Notes under the pieces: generated by a model
What the model was told of the DNA's origin: nothing
The model's input: the letters and a program-made list of their open reading frames with translations, nothing else
The model's database searches: none
Shown here: one piece after another, positions 1-12,899 of the stretch
How the letters are laid out: each line of letters starts with the position of its first letter
How positions within the stretch are numbered: position 1 is the first letter of the stretch
Source of the DNA: Octopus sinensis
Lineage: Eukaryota
Direction of reading: 5' to 3'
NCBI RefSeq assembly: GCF_006345805.1
Contig: NC_043025.1
Coordinates: 6,262,001 to 6,326,000 of the forward strand
DNA length: 64,000 bases
Position numbers and translations under genes: made by a program

Positions 1-726
1 AACCTCAGAGATAACATTCCTTCGGTGCGCCAAGGGGCCGCGCAGGCGCTCTGCAACGTGGTCAAAGCGTACGGCGACGAGTGTCGCCACATGGTTGTGA
101 GCACGATCAAAGAAGGCCTGACTGGTATCGAACAGCAGGCGGCCACCGCCGAAAAGTATAGCAACCTGGACAAAGGCCTAGCCACCTACGGTGTAGCCAA
201 ACAGCTGAGGGACAACGATATGGAACTACACACCGACAAACAGATGTATTCGTGCGGGTCGCTGGCTCCGAAAATGGGGCGCGGCGGTGGATGCATGGAT
301 CACAAATTTCGCAAACCCGCAGAACCCTGGGAATATACCGACGGTTGCATCAACCTGGTCGCCGAGTTGGCTTCTCTGCCGCCCATGTCATCGACAGTTA
401 CCCAGCTGCTGCCCTTCGTCGCCAATGCGGCCAGTTTTCGCCACTACACCCAGCATCTTTACCTCCTGGAGACTGTATGCAAGAGGTTACCAGCCCTGGC
501 CTACGGGATAGGGAAGAGGAACTTCAAGAGCCAACTGGAGACCTTCTTTGACTGTGTTTTCTATGCGCTAACCTGTGATAGCCCCCTGACTTCGAGTGCG
601 GCCAGCCAGTGTTTGAACGCTCTCGGTAGTTTCCTAGGACCCAGCATTTTGCGTGGACGTGTCGAGATCTACAATCCGAAATACCTGGAAATGTTGGATG
701 CTAACCAGTACATTGCTCCTTTATAG
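1..726 (+). CDS. 3' coding end (terminal exon or part of it) of an uncharacterised HEAT/ARM-like alpha-helical protein; 5'-partial
   Basis: Frame is open from base 1 (NLRDNIPSVRQGAAQALCNVVKAYG...) to TAG 724-726, so the GTG start in the ORF track is not the real start. GC-rich relative to the flanks, non-repetitive protein-like composition. HEAT-like SVRQGAAQAL and TSSAASQCLNAL helices; AATAAA at 771-776. Confidence 0.8.
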   Translation, partial: NLRDNIPSVRQGAAQALCNVVKAYGDECRHMVVSTIKEGLTGIEQQAATAEKYSNLDKGLATYGVAKQLRDNDMELHTDKQMYSCGSLAPKMGRGGGCMDHKFRKPAEPWEYTDGCINLVAELASLPPMSSTVTQLLPFVANAASFRHYTQHLYLLETVCKRLPALAYGIGKRNFKSQLETFFDCVFYALTCDSPLTSSAASQCLNALGSFLGPSILRGRVEIYNPKYLEMLDANQYIAPL

Positions 727-869
727 GAAATACACGACTACCATCACACACACACACACACACATACAGAAATAAATATATACATACGTCCACATACACA
801 GTATGTGGCCGTAAAATAGAAACTGCTGATCTTCCTCTGTGCGTTGTGTCCCCTTTTCCTGCTACCTGT

Positions 870-904
<35 letters not shown>

Positions 905-1314
905 TATAAATACCTACATATACGTATACACACGTACACACACACATTTGGTGATGAAACACACACCACACACACACTTTCAGATATATATATTTATACA
1001 CTTATATACACGGATGTTTAGTTACTAGTTTAATTTTGACTTTGTTATAGTTGTTGTCATAAAACTGTGCCATAACTTTTCTCCTGGCCTAAACAGGGAC
1101 CACCCAAACACTTCCCACATCCACTTAAATTTTATCTAATGTATATATATATATATATATATATATATTTTTTTATTTTCGTCCATGTTAAGGGCAAGCG
1201 GTCTCCCTCCCCTCAATTCTTCCTTTTTTTTCCTCTACCTAGTTCTGTGTTCCTAAACTTTTGTTTTTGGGGGTGACACCTCCGTCTCTGCTCTGTCCAT
1301 GTTTTTTATGTGTG

Positions 1315-1358
<44 letters not shown>

Positions 1359-1443
1359 TATATATACACACCCAGCTTGAACTCATGATCTCTGATACAA
1401 TTTTCAAAATATCAAGAATTATATATACTCAGACATATATATA

Positions 1444-1758
1444 TATATATTAGAAGAAATGAGGTACTCAGAAGATGGGATGGTTTATATTTACAGATAT
1501 TTATTTGTATATTACATTTTTTATATATATATCATATCACTTAGATCATTAGCGCTTTCACCCATTCTAGTGGGGTTTTCAAATCAAACTAAGTTTGATC
1601 AAATTTATTTTGATTTGAAAACCCCACTAGAATGGGAGAAAGCGCTAATGATCTAAGTGATATGATATATATATATATATAAAAATGTAATATACAAATA
1701 AATATCTGTAAATATAAACCATCCCATCTTCTGAGTACCTCATTTCTTCTAATATATA
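1444..1758. repeat. Near-perfect inverted repeat, ~145-bp arms with 20-bp spacer
   Basis: 1444-1588 is the reverse complement of 1609-1758, with one substitution and one (TA)n length difference. Confidence 0.9.
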
Positions 1759-2043
1759 ATACCTGTATATCATTTCCAAACCTTCCAATATATATATATA
1801 TATACATACATACACACACTCACTCATATACGCATACATACATATAGTGTATTTGTGTACACTTGTGTACATATCTATGTAAGCATGTATATAAGTATAT
1901 AGAAATGCTATTTTTAATTTTTATCTGTATACCCATGTGATTAACTGTCTGATTTTCCACTCTGTATGTATATATGTGTGTGTATGTACATATGTATATA
2001 TATCATCATCATCGTTTAACGTCCGCTTTCCATGCTAGCATGG

Positions 2044-2081
<38 letters not shown>

Positions 2082-2136
2082 GATGATGATGATATATAGG
2101 TTGCTGTGTATGTTTATGTGCAAGCATGTATGTATA

Positions 2137-2192
<56 letters not shown>

Positions 2193-2257
2193 TAGGGAGT
2201 ATAACTCCAAACTTACAGGGAAAAATTAAATTTAGTATTAAATCAAATTTCACAGTA

Positions 2258-2680
2258 TAAATATATAAATTAGAGATAAAACCACTATTATACAACTCCA
2301 ACATTGATAGACACATAAACCAATACATAAATAACAAATTATATATATATTTATAAAACATATATGGCGGTGCCCCAGTATGGCCACAGCTCATGAGCTG
2401 AAACTAGAATCAATCAATCATATAACTAGATCTCAAAAAGTATAAAAATGAATGATCAATATATATAATATATTAATCTAATTAATAATTTAATATTATT
2501 AAAAAATATAAAATATTAATTTAATTAATATATTATATTTTGATCATTCATTTTTATACTTTTTGAGATCTAATTATGTTTTATTAAAATATATATTATT
2601 TGTTAATTATGTATTGGTTTATGTCTATCACTGTTTGAGTTGCATAATAGTGGTTTTATCTCTAATTTATATTTTATATA
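2258..2680. mobile_element. AT-rich foldback/MITE-like element with long inverted arms, interrupted by a SINE tail fragment
   Basis: 2258-2345 pairs with 2590-2678 and 2427-2475 pairs with 2523-2572; a partial copy of the right arm recurs at ~35690-35760. Confidence 0.65.
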
Positions 2681-3226
2681 TGTATATATATATGCTTGCA
2701 CGTAACCGTATACAGCAACCTCAGAATATTAGCGCAGATGTAATATTCGATTGTACGTGGTGATGGTTGAGAGAAAAAGTTGTCAGTGTGTGTAGTGTAT
2801 AACCTTGCTAAGTATGACTACCTCAAAAAGAAATTCAGCATTCGGTCATTTGTGGCTTTTGGAAAGTTTAATGCCTCGCAAAAACCCCTGCCCCCCCACC
2901 TCACTCCTCACACACACACACACACCTACAAACACCTGCGTATGCTTGTAAAACAAAATAAGTATAAACTTCCAGTAGAAAAATATATTTAAAAAATGCC
3001 CCTTAACTTCTGATGTGTTCTGTCTGTGATGAAACATTCTAGTCATTCTGAGGCTTTAAACTCTCCGACAGAACCTACATAATAATAATAATAATAATAA
3101 TTATGGTGGAGGTAAAGAATATGCACATCACCCTAAACACCAGGTGTGCATTTTCTTTACCTTTTCTATAAACAGAGGTAAGGAATACATGCACCACCTG
3201 TTTTTGGCATAACCCCTAAACCTAAA

Positions 3227-3708
3227 TACCTATTCTTTTTATTACCCACATGGGGCTAAACATAGAGGGGACAAACAGGGACAGACATAGGTATTAAGTC
3301 GATTATATCGACCCCAGTGCATAACTGGTACTTAATTTATCAACCCCGAAAGGATGAAAGGCAAAGTCAACCTCGGTGGAATTTGAACTCAGAACGTAAC
3401 GGCAGACGAAATACGGCTACGCATTTCGCCCGGCGTGCTAACGTTTCTGCCAGCTCGCCGCCCTAAACCTAAATACCTATTTCTTTACTACCCACAAGGG
3501 GCTAAACACAGAAGGGACAAACAAGGACAGACATAGGTATTAAGTCGATTATATCGACCCCAGTGCATAACTGGTACTTTATTTATCGACCCCGAAAGGA
3601 TGAAAGGCAAAGTCAACCTCGGCGGAATTTGAACTCAGAACGTAATGACAGACGAAATACAGCTACGCATTTCGCCCGGCGTGCTAATGTTTCTGCCAGC
3701 TCGCTGCC
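3227..3708 (-). mobile_element. Two tandem copies of a tRNA-derived SINE (family 2)
   Basis: Units 3227-3462 and 3474-3708 with ccctaaacctaaa at each boundary; tRNA-like head (ggcgagctggcagaaacgttagc...gagttcaaattcc). Other copies or fragments at ~6200-6800, 12050-12250, 31330-31490, 40090-40390, 58000-58125, 63610-64000. Confidence 0.8.
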
Positions 3709-4137
3709 CTAAACCTAAACACCGGTTGTGCATATTCTTTACCTTCAATAATAATAATAATTTCAAATTTTTTGGCACAGGGCCTGTGGTTTTTTTTTTT
3801 TTCTTTTTTGTTTTTTGAGAGGTGGAGCAGTCAATTACATCAACACAAGTATTGGATTTGTATTAATTTTATCAACGAAGCCAAAAACAGACAATTAGAG
3901 CCTGGTGCAGTTCTGGCATACCACCACCAGAGAAACCATCCAACCCATGCCAGCATGGAAAACGGACGCTAATGATGATGATGAACCCTGAAAGTACAAA
4001 AGGCGGAATTTGAACTAGGAAAATGTAAAGCCAGGTGAAATGTCACCAAACATTTTATCTGGCAGGGTAATGGTTCTGCTTGCTTGTTGCCTTAATAATA
4101 ATAATTGTTTGTAATTTAGGCTGAAGGGACAGCAGTT

Positions 4138-4857
4138 TTAACCCTTTCATTACTGTATTTATTTTGAGATGCTCTGTGTTTCTTTCAATTAATTTTAAAT
4201 ATAACAAAGAATTTAGTAAAATAACTTAGTTATCATTCAGCTAGTGTTAGGGACATAAATTGTGACTAAGGTTTGGTGGAAGATTTTAATTCAGAACTTA
4301 TGAAAACAAGACATTTGTACTACAGAACCAGGTGTGGTTTCAGCCCAGTTGGTAACAAAAGGGTTGAAAATATCATGGTGACTTTAACCCTTTTGTTACC
4401 ATATTTCTGTTGAGATTCTCTGTGTTTCTCTCAATTATGTTAAATATAACAAAGAATTTAGTAAAATAACTTAGTTATCATTAAGCTAATGTTAGGAACA
4501 TAAATTGTGACTAAGGATTGGTGGAAGATTTTAATTCAAAACTTATGAAAACAAGACATTTGTACTCAGAGCCAGAGGTGGTTTCAGCCGGGTTGGTAAC
4601 AAAAGGGTTAAAAATATCATGGTGACTTTAACCCTTTTGTTACCATATTTCTGTTGAGATTCTCTGTGTTTTTCTCAATTATGTTAAATATAACAAAGAA
4701 TTTAGTAAAATAACTTAGTTATCATTAAAGCTAGTGTTAGGAACATAAATTGTGACTAAGGTTTGGTGGAAGGATTTAATTCAAAACTTATGGAAACAAA
4801 ACATTTGTACTACAGAGCTAGAGGTGGTTTCAGCCAGGTTGGTATCAAAAGGGTTAA
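4138..4857. mobile_element. Trimer of a ~225-bp piggyBac-type MITE (TTAA-flanked, CCCTTTTGTTACC terminal inverted repeats)
   Basis: Three units bounded by ttaaccc...gggttaa and separated by aaatatcatggtgact; dimers of the same element at 27145-27602 and 42379-42861. Confidence 0.75.
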
Positions 4858-5072
4858 GGGAAACAGGTTAGTGGATACCATTGGCCCTTAGTACCTAACT
4901 AACTCAGAAATTATGAAAGGCTAAGTCAAACCTAGAACATAAAGAGCTTGTGAAATACTTTTTAGCATTCAGCTTCCTCTGTCAAACGTAATCCTTATTT
5001 ATCCACATTGTTTTGAATTAATCCTGCATTATCTTGTGGCTTTGAGATTTCAATGATGTGACTTATATATTA

Positions 5073-5501
5073 CTAGCAGCATAGCCCGGCGTTGCCCGGG
5101 TATGTAAGAGCCCCTAGTAGGCAACGACTAATCCCAATCTAGTCCTTTCCCTCTAGGGAACGAAGGCGCATGTGTAGGTTGCAATGTCTTCTCTTCACTC
5201 GAATACTTCTGTGTATACGATGTTCCTAGCTGTCCCTTTGGCCGATAAAAAGGTCGAGTGTGTCCCCTAGACAGAAAATGTGTTGCATATAAAAAGTTTA
5301 GATTCTCGACCCCATGTCGAATTTATCGATTTTGTTCAGAACTGGGGGAACTTTTCAAAATTTTTGCTGCGTTAGTTTTGAATTATGACATTGGGCTATG
5401 TGTGTGTCAAGTTTCATCAGAATCGGGTGAAAGCCGTGGTCAGGGTGAGGGTACAACCTGACAGACACACAGACACACAGACTGCCGTTTATATAGAGAG
5501 A
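5073..5501 (-). mobile_element. Non-autonomous Helitron
   Basis: On the minus strand it starts TC, ends with hairpin cccgggcaacgccggg followed by CTAG, and is inserted between A and T. Confidence 0.8.
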
Positions 5502-6979
5502 TTAAGGGGACATTGTAGGGTTGGTGTGAAAGTCCAGATCTGACCATTTTGGACATAAAACAGAATATTTGGACTGGATGTATCTGGTATGAATATGAAA
5601 TGGTTAAGTCCATCACTCTTTGTGGAGCTTAGGCCATCTGAAACTCTCCCCCACTGTTCCCAACTTTGAGCCGTCATTTCTGCTCCCCTTCTAGTTTGAT
5701 CCCTGCTTTTTCTGCTCTGCTTCAGTATCCAGCTATTTTTAGGGTGTCTTCTCTTCTGCCTTTCTTGTGGGTTCCAGATCAGGGCCTGATATGTAATGTA
5801 ATGCTAGATTTTTGCTTCCTTTTGGATTTTGCCGTAGTGTGCTTCCTTGAGAGAATTTATTAAAATAATTTGGTCTTTGTTAATCTGGTGTTTGGAACTT
5901 AAATTAGCATGGAATTTTGATGGAAGAAAGTTTTAATTTATATCACTTCAAAGAAGGAAGTTTGTACCATAGAACCAGCCAGATGCAGTCTTGGACTGTG
6001 TGATAAAAAAGTCCTTTTTCTTTTTTTTTTTTCTATTTTAAAAATTAATCAAAACAGAATTTCAGCAGAAATATAATAAAATTTTTTTCATGAACTCTGA
6101 CATTAAACTTACCTTATTTGGCTATGTTGTACCTCCTCAAAAAAAAAAAAAAAAAAATTTTGGTTGCTTGACATTAGTTGGGAAAATTACTTTCCAGCGT
6201 TTGTTCTGACTTAGGTTCCAAGTTCAAATCCAGCTGAAGTCAATTTTGATTTTCATCCTCTCGGGGTTGATAAAAATAAACACCAGTCAAGTACTGCAGT
6301 GAATGGCATCAACTTGTCCTTTCCCCTTCAAAATTGCTAACCCTAACCCTAAGTTAGAAAGGTTTATTATTATTATTATTATTATCAAGCTGGCAAAATT
6401 GTTATCACACTGGACGAAATGGTCAGCAGTATTTCGGCCATCTCTATGCTCTGAGTTCAAATACAGCCGAGGTGAACTTTGCCTTTCATCCTTTTGCGGG
6501 TCGATAAAATAAGAACCAGTGATTCACTGGAGTCGATGTAAATGACTGCCCCCTCCCCCAAAATTTCAGGCCTTGTGTCTTTAGTAGAAAGATTATTATT
6601 ATTATTGTTATTATTATTATTATCATTATTATTATTATTATACAAAAGCAGTGAGCTGGCAGAATAGTTAGAATGCTAGACGAAATACTTAGCGGTAGTT
6701 TGCCGTTCGCTATGTCCTGAGTTCAAATTCCGCTGGGTTGACTTTGCCTTTCATCCTTTTGGGGTTGATTGTGATCGACTCACCCTCTCCCCAAAAACTG
6801 CTGCCCTTCTGGCAAAATTTGAAGCCATTATTATTATTATTATTAAGTGGAGCAAGAAGCAAGCAGTGGGATGTATATACATATATATGTGTGTGTGTAT
6901 GTATGTATAAATATATGTATGTACGCTTGACATCAATGTCTGCTTTTTAATATTTTTCTGTAAATTTTTATTTAATGTT

Positions 6980-7241
6980 ATATATATATGCACACACACA
7001 CATTATGTATGTGTATGTGTGTATATATATATATACATATATATAATATATATGCATATATATACATATATATATGCATATATATACATATATATATATG
7101 CATATATATACAATATATATATATGCATATATATACATATATATACATATATATATGCATATATAACATATATATATATATGCATATATATACATATATA
7201 TATGCATATATATACATATATATATATATGCATATATATAC

Positions 7242-7282
<41 letters not shown>

Positions 7283-7585
7283 CATAATATATATATATGC
7301 ATATATATATATATATATATATATATGCATATATATACATATATATACATATATATATGCATATATATACATATATACATATATAATATATGCATATATA
7401 TACATATATATACACATATATATATATACACACACATATATATACACACATATATATATACACATATATATATACACACATATATATATACACATATATA
7501 TATATACACACATATATATACACATATATATATATACATACATATATATATACACATATATATATACACACATATATATATATAT

Positions 7586-7628
<43 letters not shown>

Positions 7629-7672
7629 TATATACATACATATATATATACACACACACATATATATATATA
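6980..7672. repeat. ~700-bp compound (TA)n/(TACA)n/(TATGCA)n microsatellite
   Basis: Direct reading; source of the spurious YI-repeat ORFs. Confidence 0.95.
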
Positions 7673-7953
7673 ACCAGTGACTGGTTGCTTCCTTCTTCTC
7701 TAGGACATCTTTAATATCATGTTCCATTGTTTGTCTGTCTGTCCATCTCTCTTTTAAATATCTTATTACTTATATATGTGTGTGTGAGTGTGTACATATA
7801 AATGGATGTATACGCATGGTTGTGTATATGCATGTGTATATATATACATATGTGTGTGTGTGTGCATAAGTCAGGAAAAAAATGAACTCCTATATCTGTC
7901 GACATAGTGTGTATATTATCTAAATTGTACAGCATTATATATATCCATTCATG

Positions 7954-8117
7954 TTAGGGGTACAATGGAGTGTTAGGTAACAATCCACATAACCCTACAT
8001 TCGTCAGGGGTAGCGAAGATGGAATGAAACATGGTGACATTCCATATCGCCTACCTCTGATGAATGTAGGGTTTTATGATCGAATTGTTACCTAATCCTC
8101 CTCCTTTGTACCCCTAA
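7954..8117. mobile_element. ~165-bp hairpin/MITE with near end-to-end inverted symmetry
   Basis: ttaggggtacaa...ttaggtaacaat pairs with attgttacctaa...ttgtacccctaa; inner aaccctacattcgtcag pairs with ctgatgaatgtagggtt; TA on both sides of GGGG...CCCC. Confidence 0.65.
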
Positions 8118-8177
8118 GTGTGAAACCAATTGGTAAGGTCATAATGGACATATAATACACCTTGGATGATATATATA

Positions 8178-8743
8178 TTGGGTTGTCCGGAAAGTTCATG
8201 CTGATTTTTAAAGGAAAGAAAAAGGTCAATAAATACTTGCCATTACATTTTTAATCAACCAAATATGAACCATTTTGTTGCACAATGTGTCTCCATCTTT
8301 CCTTTAACTTGAAAATACCCTCTTCCCAGAACTGAGGTGGTTTCATGGCAAAGAATTCATCAAGGTATCTTTTTATGTCATCTAAGGAATTGAAATTTTC
8401 ACCATTAAGACTATTCTGCAGAGACCTGAATAAGTGGAAATCCGAAGGAGCAATATCTGGTGAATATGGAGGGTGGGGTAACACATCCCAGCCGAGCTGC
8501 AGCAATTTTTGTCTGGTTCCCAAAGCATCAAGTGCTGAAAATGAACTTTCTTATCTTCCATTTAAAAGGGTTACAGAATTAACACAGGTTATAGGAACAT
8601 AAACCTTCTTCCATGAAAAGATAGCTTAAACTGTGCTCTAAATGGAGGTGTAGTCAAATCCTATTTTATGGATTCAAACATGTTCTAAAATAAGTCGAAA
8701 GGTAAGCTACTATAAATCGGCGCAAACTTTCCAGACAACCCAA
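8178..8743 (-). mobile_element. Internally deleted mariner element (566 bp) with both TIRs
   Basis: ~30-bp TIRs (ttgggttgtc[c/t]ggaaagtt...) flanked by TA. Transposase start MEDKKVHFQHLMLWE (ATG 8561) is joined out of frame to the C-terminus TRQKLLQLGWDVLPHPPYSPDIAPSDFHLF...GSYLVD (mariner YSPDLAP motif). Confidence 0.92.
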
Positions 8744-8830
8744 TATATATATATATATATATGTGTGTGCATCGTATGTATGAATGTGTATAAATGTATG
8801 CACACATATATAAATACATATCCATACACA

Positions 8831-8886
<56 letters not shown>

Positions 8887-9083
8887 TGTATATGTAAAAA
8901 GACAAAAAGTAACAAAAAAAATATTTTAAAAAAAACCCAAAGCAAACAGCCAAAACTAGAGACAGAAATTGATATTTCTTATATTTTTGTGATTAAAGAA
9001 TTGTTTATGAGTGATATTCTGTTGGAGAAGACAACTTGTTTGTGTCGTTATTGTTGTTATTGGATTATAAGACTTTATAAGAC

Positions 9084-9400
9084 TCCGCCGGTTACGACGA
9101 CGAGGGTCCCAGCTGATACGATCAACGGAACAGCTTGCTCGTGAAATTAACGTGCAAATGGCTGAGCATTCCACAGACACGTGTACCCTTGACGTAGTTC
9201 TCGGGGATAATCAGCGTGACACAGAGAGTGACGAGGCTGACCCTTTGAAATACAGGTCCTACACGTTTTTGCCAGCTGAGTGGACTGGAGCAACGTGAAA
9301 TAAAGTGTCTTGCTCAAGGACACAACGCGTCGCCGGGAATCGAACTCACAACCTTACGATCATGAGCCGAATGCCCTAACCACTAAGCCACGCGCCCTCA
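9084..9400 (-). mobile_element. tRNA-derived SINE (family 4)
   Basis: tRNA-like head at the right end; the same body recurs at 22790-23308 (with an internal duplication) and 54227-54488. Confidence 0.7.
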
Positions 9401-9707
9401 CTTATTGGATTAAGACAGATTGGAGTACAAAGAGCAACACGCTTCAAGCTCAGTGGAGGGGCCTTGAAATGCAAGGTCCTGGATGACCTCCCTACTGCTG
9501 GTAATTACAGCTATGTTCACTGTGAGGAGGAAAGTTTACCGAGAAAATGGAGTGGCTGTGTGGTAAGTAGCTTGCTAACCAACCACATGGTTCCCGGTTC
9601 AGTCCCACTGCGGGGCATCTTGGGCAAGTGTCTTCTGCTATAGCCCCGGGCCGACCAGTGCCTTGTGAGTGGATTTGGTAGACGGAAACTGAAAGAAGCC
9701 TGTCATA

Positions 9708-9752
<45 letters not shown>

Positions 9753-10179
9753 ATATATATGTATGTATATATATATGTGTGTGTGTATATATATAATAAT
9801 AATATTAGGGAGTATATTTTTGAAAAAAAAATAGGAGTGGCTGTATGGTAAGTAGTTTGCTAACCAACCACATGGTTCCGGGTTCAGTCCCACTGCGTGG
9901 TATCTTGGGCAAGTGTCTTCTGCTATAGCCCCTTAGCATTGCTTGACAACCGATGCTGGTGTGTTTACGTCCCCGTCACTTACCGGTTCGGCAAAAGAGA
10001 CCGATAGAATAAGTACTGGCCTTACAAAGAATAAGTCCCAGGGTCGATTTGCTCGACTAAAGGCAGTGCTCCAGCATGGCCGCAGTCAAATGATTGAAAC
10101 ATGTAAAAGAGTAAAAAGAGAGTAAGAGTATTTCAACATGAAGAGTTAGAAAACTATTTTATTGAAAAAAAAAAAAAAA

Positions 10180-10325
10180 CTGAACTTTCCCTCTGGTCAG
10201 TTGATACCAGTGAACTTCCCCTGCGGTGAATTGATGACAGTAAACTTTCCCTGTGGTAAATTGATGACTGAACTTCCCCTGTGGTGAATTGATGACAGTA
10301 AACTTTCCCTGTGGTAAATTGATAT
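10180..10325. repeat. Minisatellite, five ~28-30-bp units (tgaacttcccctgtggtgaattgatgacag)
   Basis: Directly abutting units with alternating variants and no spacers. Confidence 0.85.
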
Positions 10326-11202
10326 GCATTCCTTTCCTTCTTGGGACACAAAACTCTACTTGTGAAGACCTGTTGAGGCAAGTGAAGATCCAAAATCAAA
10401 ATCGAAATCGATCAACATCAATGGAATTTGTAGCTATGATACCAGTGCCGGTGGCACATAAGAGAACCATCCGAACGTGGCCATAGCCAGCGCTGCCCTG
10501 ACTGGCCTCCGTGCTGGTGGCACGTAAAAAGCACCATCCGATCGTGGCCGTTTGCCAGCCTCGTCTGGCATGTAAAAAGCACCCACTACACTCACGGAGT
10601 GGTTGGCGTTAAGAAGGGCATCCAGCTGTAGAAACACTGCCAGATCAGACTGGAGCCTGGTGTAGCCTCCTGGCTTCCCAGACCCCAGTTGAACCGTCCA
10701 AGCCATGCCAGCATGGAAAGCGGACGCTAAATGATGATGATGAGTGAAGCCATGCCAAGTCAGATTGGAACCTGGTGAAGCTCTGCAGCTTACCAGTTTC
10801 GGTCCAACTGTCCAACCGATGCCAGTATGGAATGCAGATACTCAATGATGATGATGATGACAGGTACAAGAGGAATAAGATACAAACAAACGGACAGCGT
10901 GAGTGATTACAACAGACAAGCAAAAATTTGAAGGGTAATGGGCAAAATTTAAACACAAGGCTTCAGGAGTGGCTGTGTGGTAAGTAGCTTGCTTACCAAC
11001 CACATGGATCTGGGTTCAGTCACCTTGGGCAAGTGTCTTCTACTATATGTATATATATATATGTATGTATATATATATATATGTATATATATGTATGTAT
11101 ATATATATGTATATATATATGTGTATATATATGTGTATATATATGTATATGTGTATATATATGTATATATGTATATATATATGTTTGTATATATATATAT
11201 GC

Positions 11203-11259
<57 letters not shown>

Positions 11260-11262
11260 AGG

Positions 11263-11595
11263 AGACTCCCCTTCAGTCATGAATGACCATGGAATTGCAC
11301 CTAGAAAGTTACCCTCCTAGGCACAAGTCCGGGCAAGGTTGTTTTTATGAAAGACCAGCAGTCACCCATGCATACCGGCCTCCCGTCTCCGATGTTGTCC
11401 AAGGGAAAGGCAAAGGGGCCGATACAGCTTGTCACCGGTGACGTCGCAACTCATTTCTACAGCTGAGTGAACTGGAGCAACGTGAAATAAAGTGTCTTGC
11501 TCAAGAACACAACACGCAGCCCGGGTCGGGAATTGAACTCACAACCTCACGAACGTAAGCTCAACGCTCTAACCACTGAGCCATGCGCCTTCACA
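11263..11595 (-). mobile_element. tRNA-derived SINE (family 5)
   Basis: Second copy at ~40626-40985; tRNA-like head (gtgaaggcgcatggctcagtggttagagcg...gagttcaattccc) on the minus strand. Confidence 0.75.
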
Positions 11596-12899
11596 TATAT
11601 ACGTAGTGTACCTAATTGTTTAGATCACCTGTGAACGAAACCCCCTATACTTTGTATATATATATGTATATATATATTCTTGCGATGTTAAACTGTCATA
11701 TGTCCAGATGTATGTGTGTGTATATATATATGTATGAGCCAATGAGAGAGACCTGTACATGGTAGCTAAACATGCTAGAAATAGCAGCCAAATTTCCCTC
11801 AAATCACACCTTACTGTCTTATGTATGTATGAGCCAATGAGGGAGACCCCTACGTAGTAACTAGACTTGCTAGAAATAGCAGCCAAATCTACCTCAAACC
11901 ACACCTTACTGTTTTATGTATATATATATATGTATGAGCCAATGAGAGAGACCTCTACATGGTAGCTAAACCTGCTAGAAATAGCAGCCAAATTTCCCTC
12001 AAATCACACCCTACACTCTTATGTATGTATATATATATATTCTTTTCTACTCTAAGCACAAGGGCCGAAATAATGGGGAAGAGGGGCAGTCGATTACATC
12101 AACCCCAGTATGCAACTGGTACTGAATTTATCGACGTCTGAAGGATCAAAAGCAAAGTTGACCTCGGCAGAATTTGAACTCAGAACATAAAGACAGACAA
12201 AATACTGCTAAGCATTTTGCCCAGCGTGCTAATGTTTCTGCCAGCTTGCCACTTTATATGCATATATAGGCGCAGGAGTGGCTGTGTGGTAAGTAGCTTG
12301 TTTACCAACCACATGGTTCCGGGTTCAGTCCCACTGCGTGGCACCTTGGGCAAGTGTCTTCTACTATAGCCTTGGGCTGACCAAAGCCTTGTGAGTGGAT
12401 CTGGTAGACGGAAACTGAAAGAAGCCCGACGTATATATGTATGTGTGTTTGTCCCCCTAGCATTGCTTGACAACCGATGCTGGTGTGTTTATGTCCCCGT
12501 CACTTAGCGGTTCGGCAAAAGAGACCGATAGAATAAGTACTGGGCTTACAAAGAATAAGTCACGGGGTCGAGTTGCTCGATTAAAGGCGGTGCTCCAGCA
12601 TGTAAAAGGGTAAAAAGGGATATATATATGAGCCAGTGAGGGAGACCTTTACATGGTAGCTAGACCTCCTAAAAATAGCTACCATTGTAGAGGTCACCCT
12701 GATTGGCTCATACATACCTAAGACAGTAGGGTGTGATGTGAGGGAGATTTGGCTGCGCCTTACTCGCATGTGTAAAAAGATTCGAGCAAGGTTGTTGCTA
12801 GTACCGCCTGACTGGCACCTGTGCCAGTGGAACGTAAAAGCACCCACTACACCCTCGAATCGGGTGGCATTAGGAAGGGCATCCAGCTGCAGAAACTCT

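Noticed and set aside
6968-7727. 200-250 aa YI/CV-repeat ORFs, and similar ones at 11.0k, 18.0k, 57.6k and 62.5k
   Set aside because: Translations of (TA)n/(CA)n microsatellites that lack stop codons by construction.
10180-10325. CRISPR-like appearance of 30-bp repeats (also the 48-bp and 114-bp arrays)
   Set aside because: Units abut without unique spacers; eukaryotic context and no cas genes.
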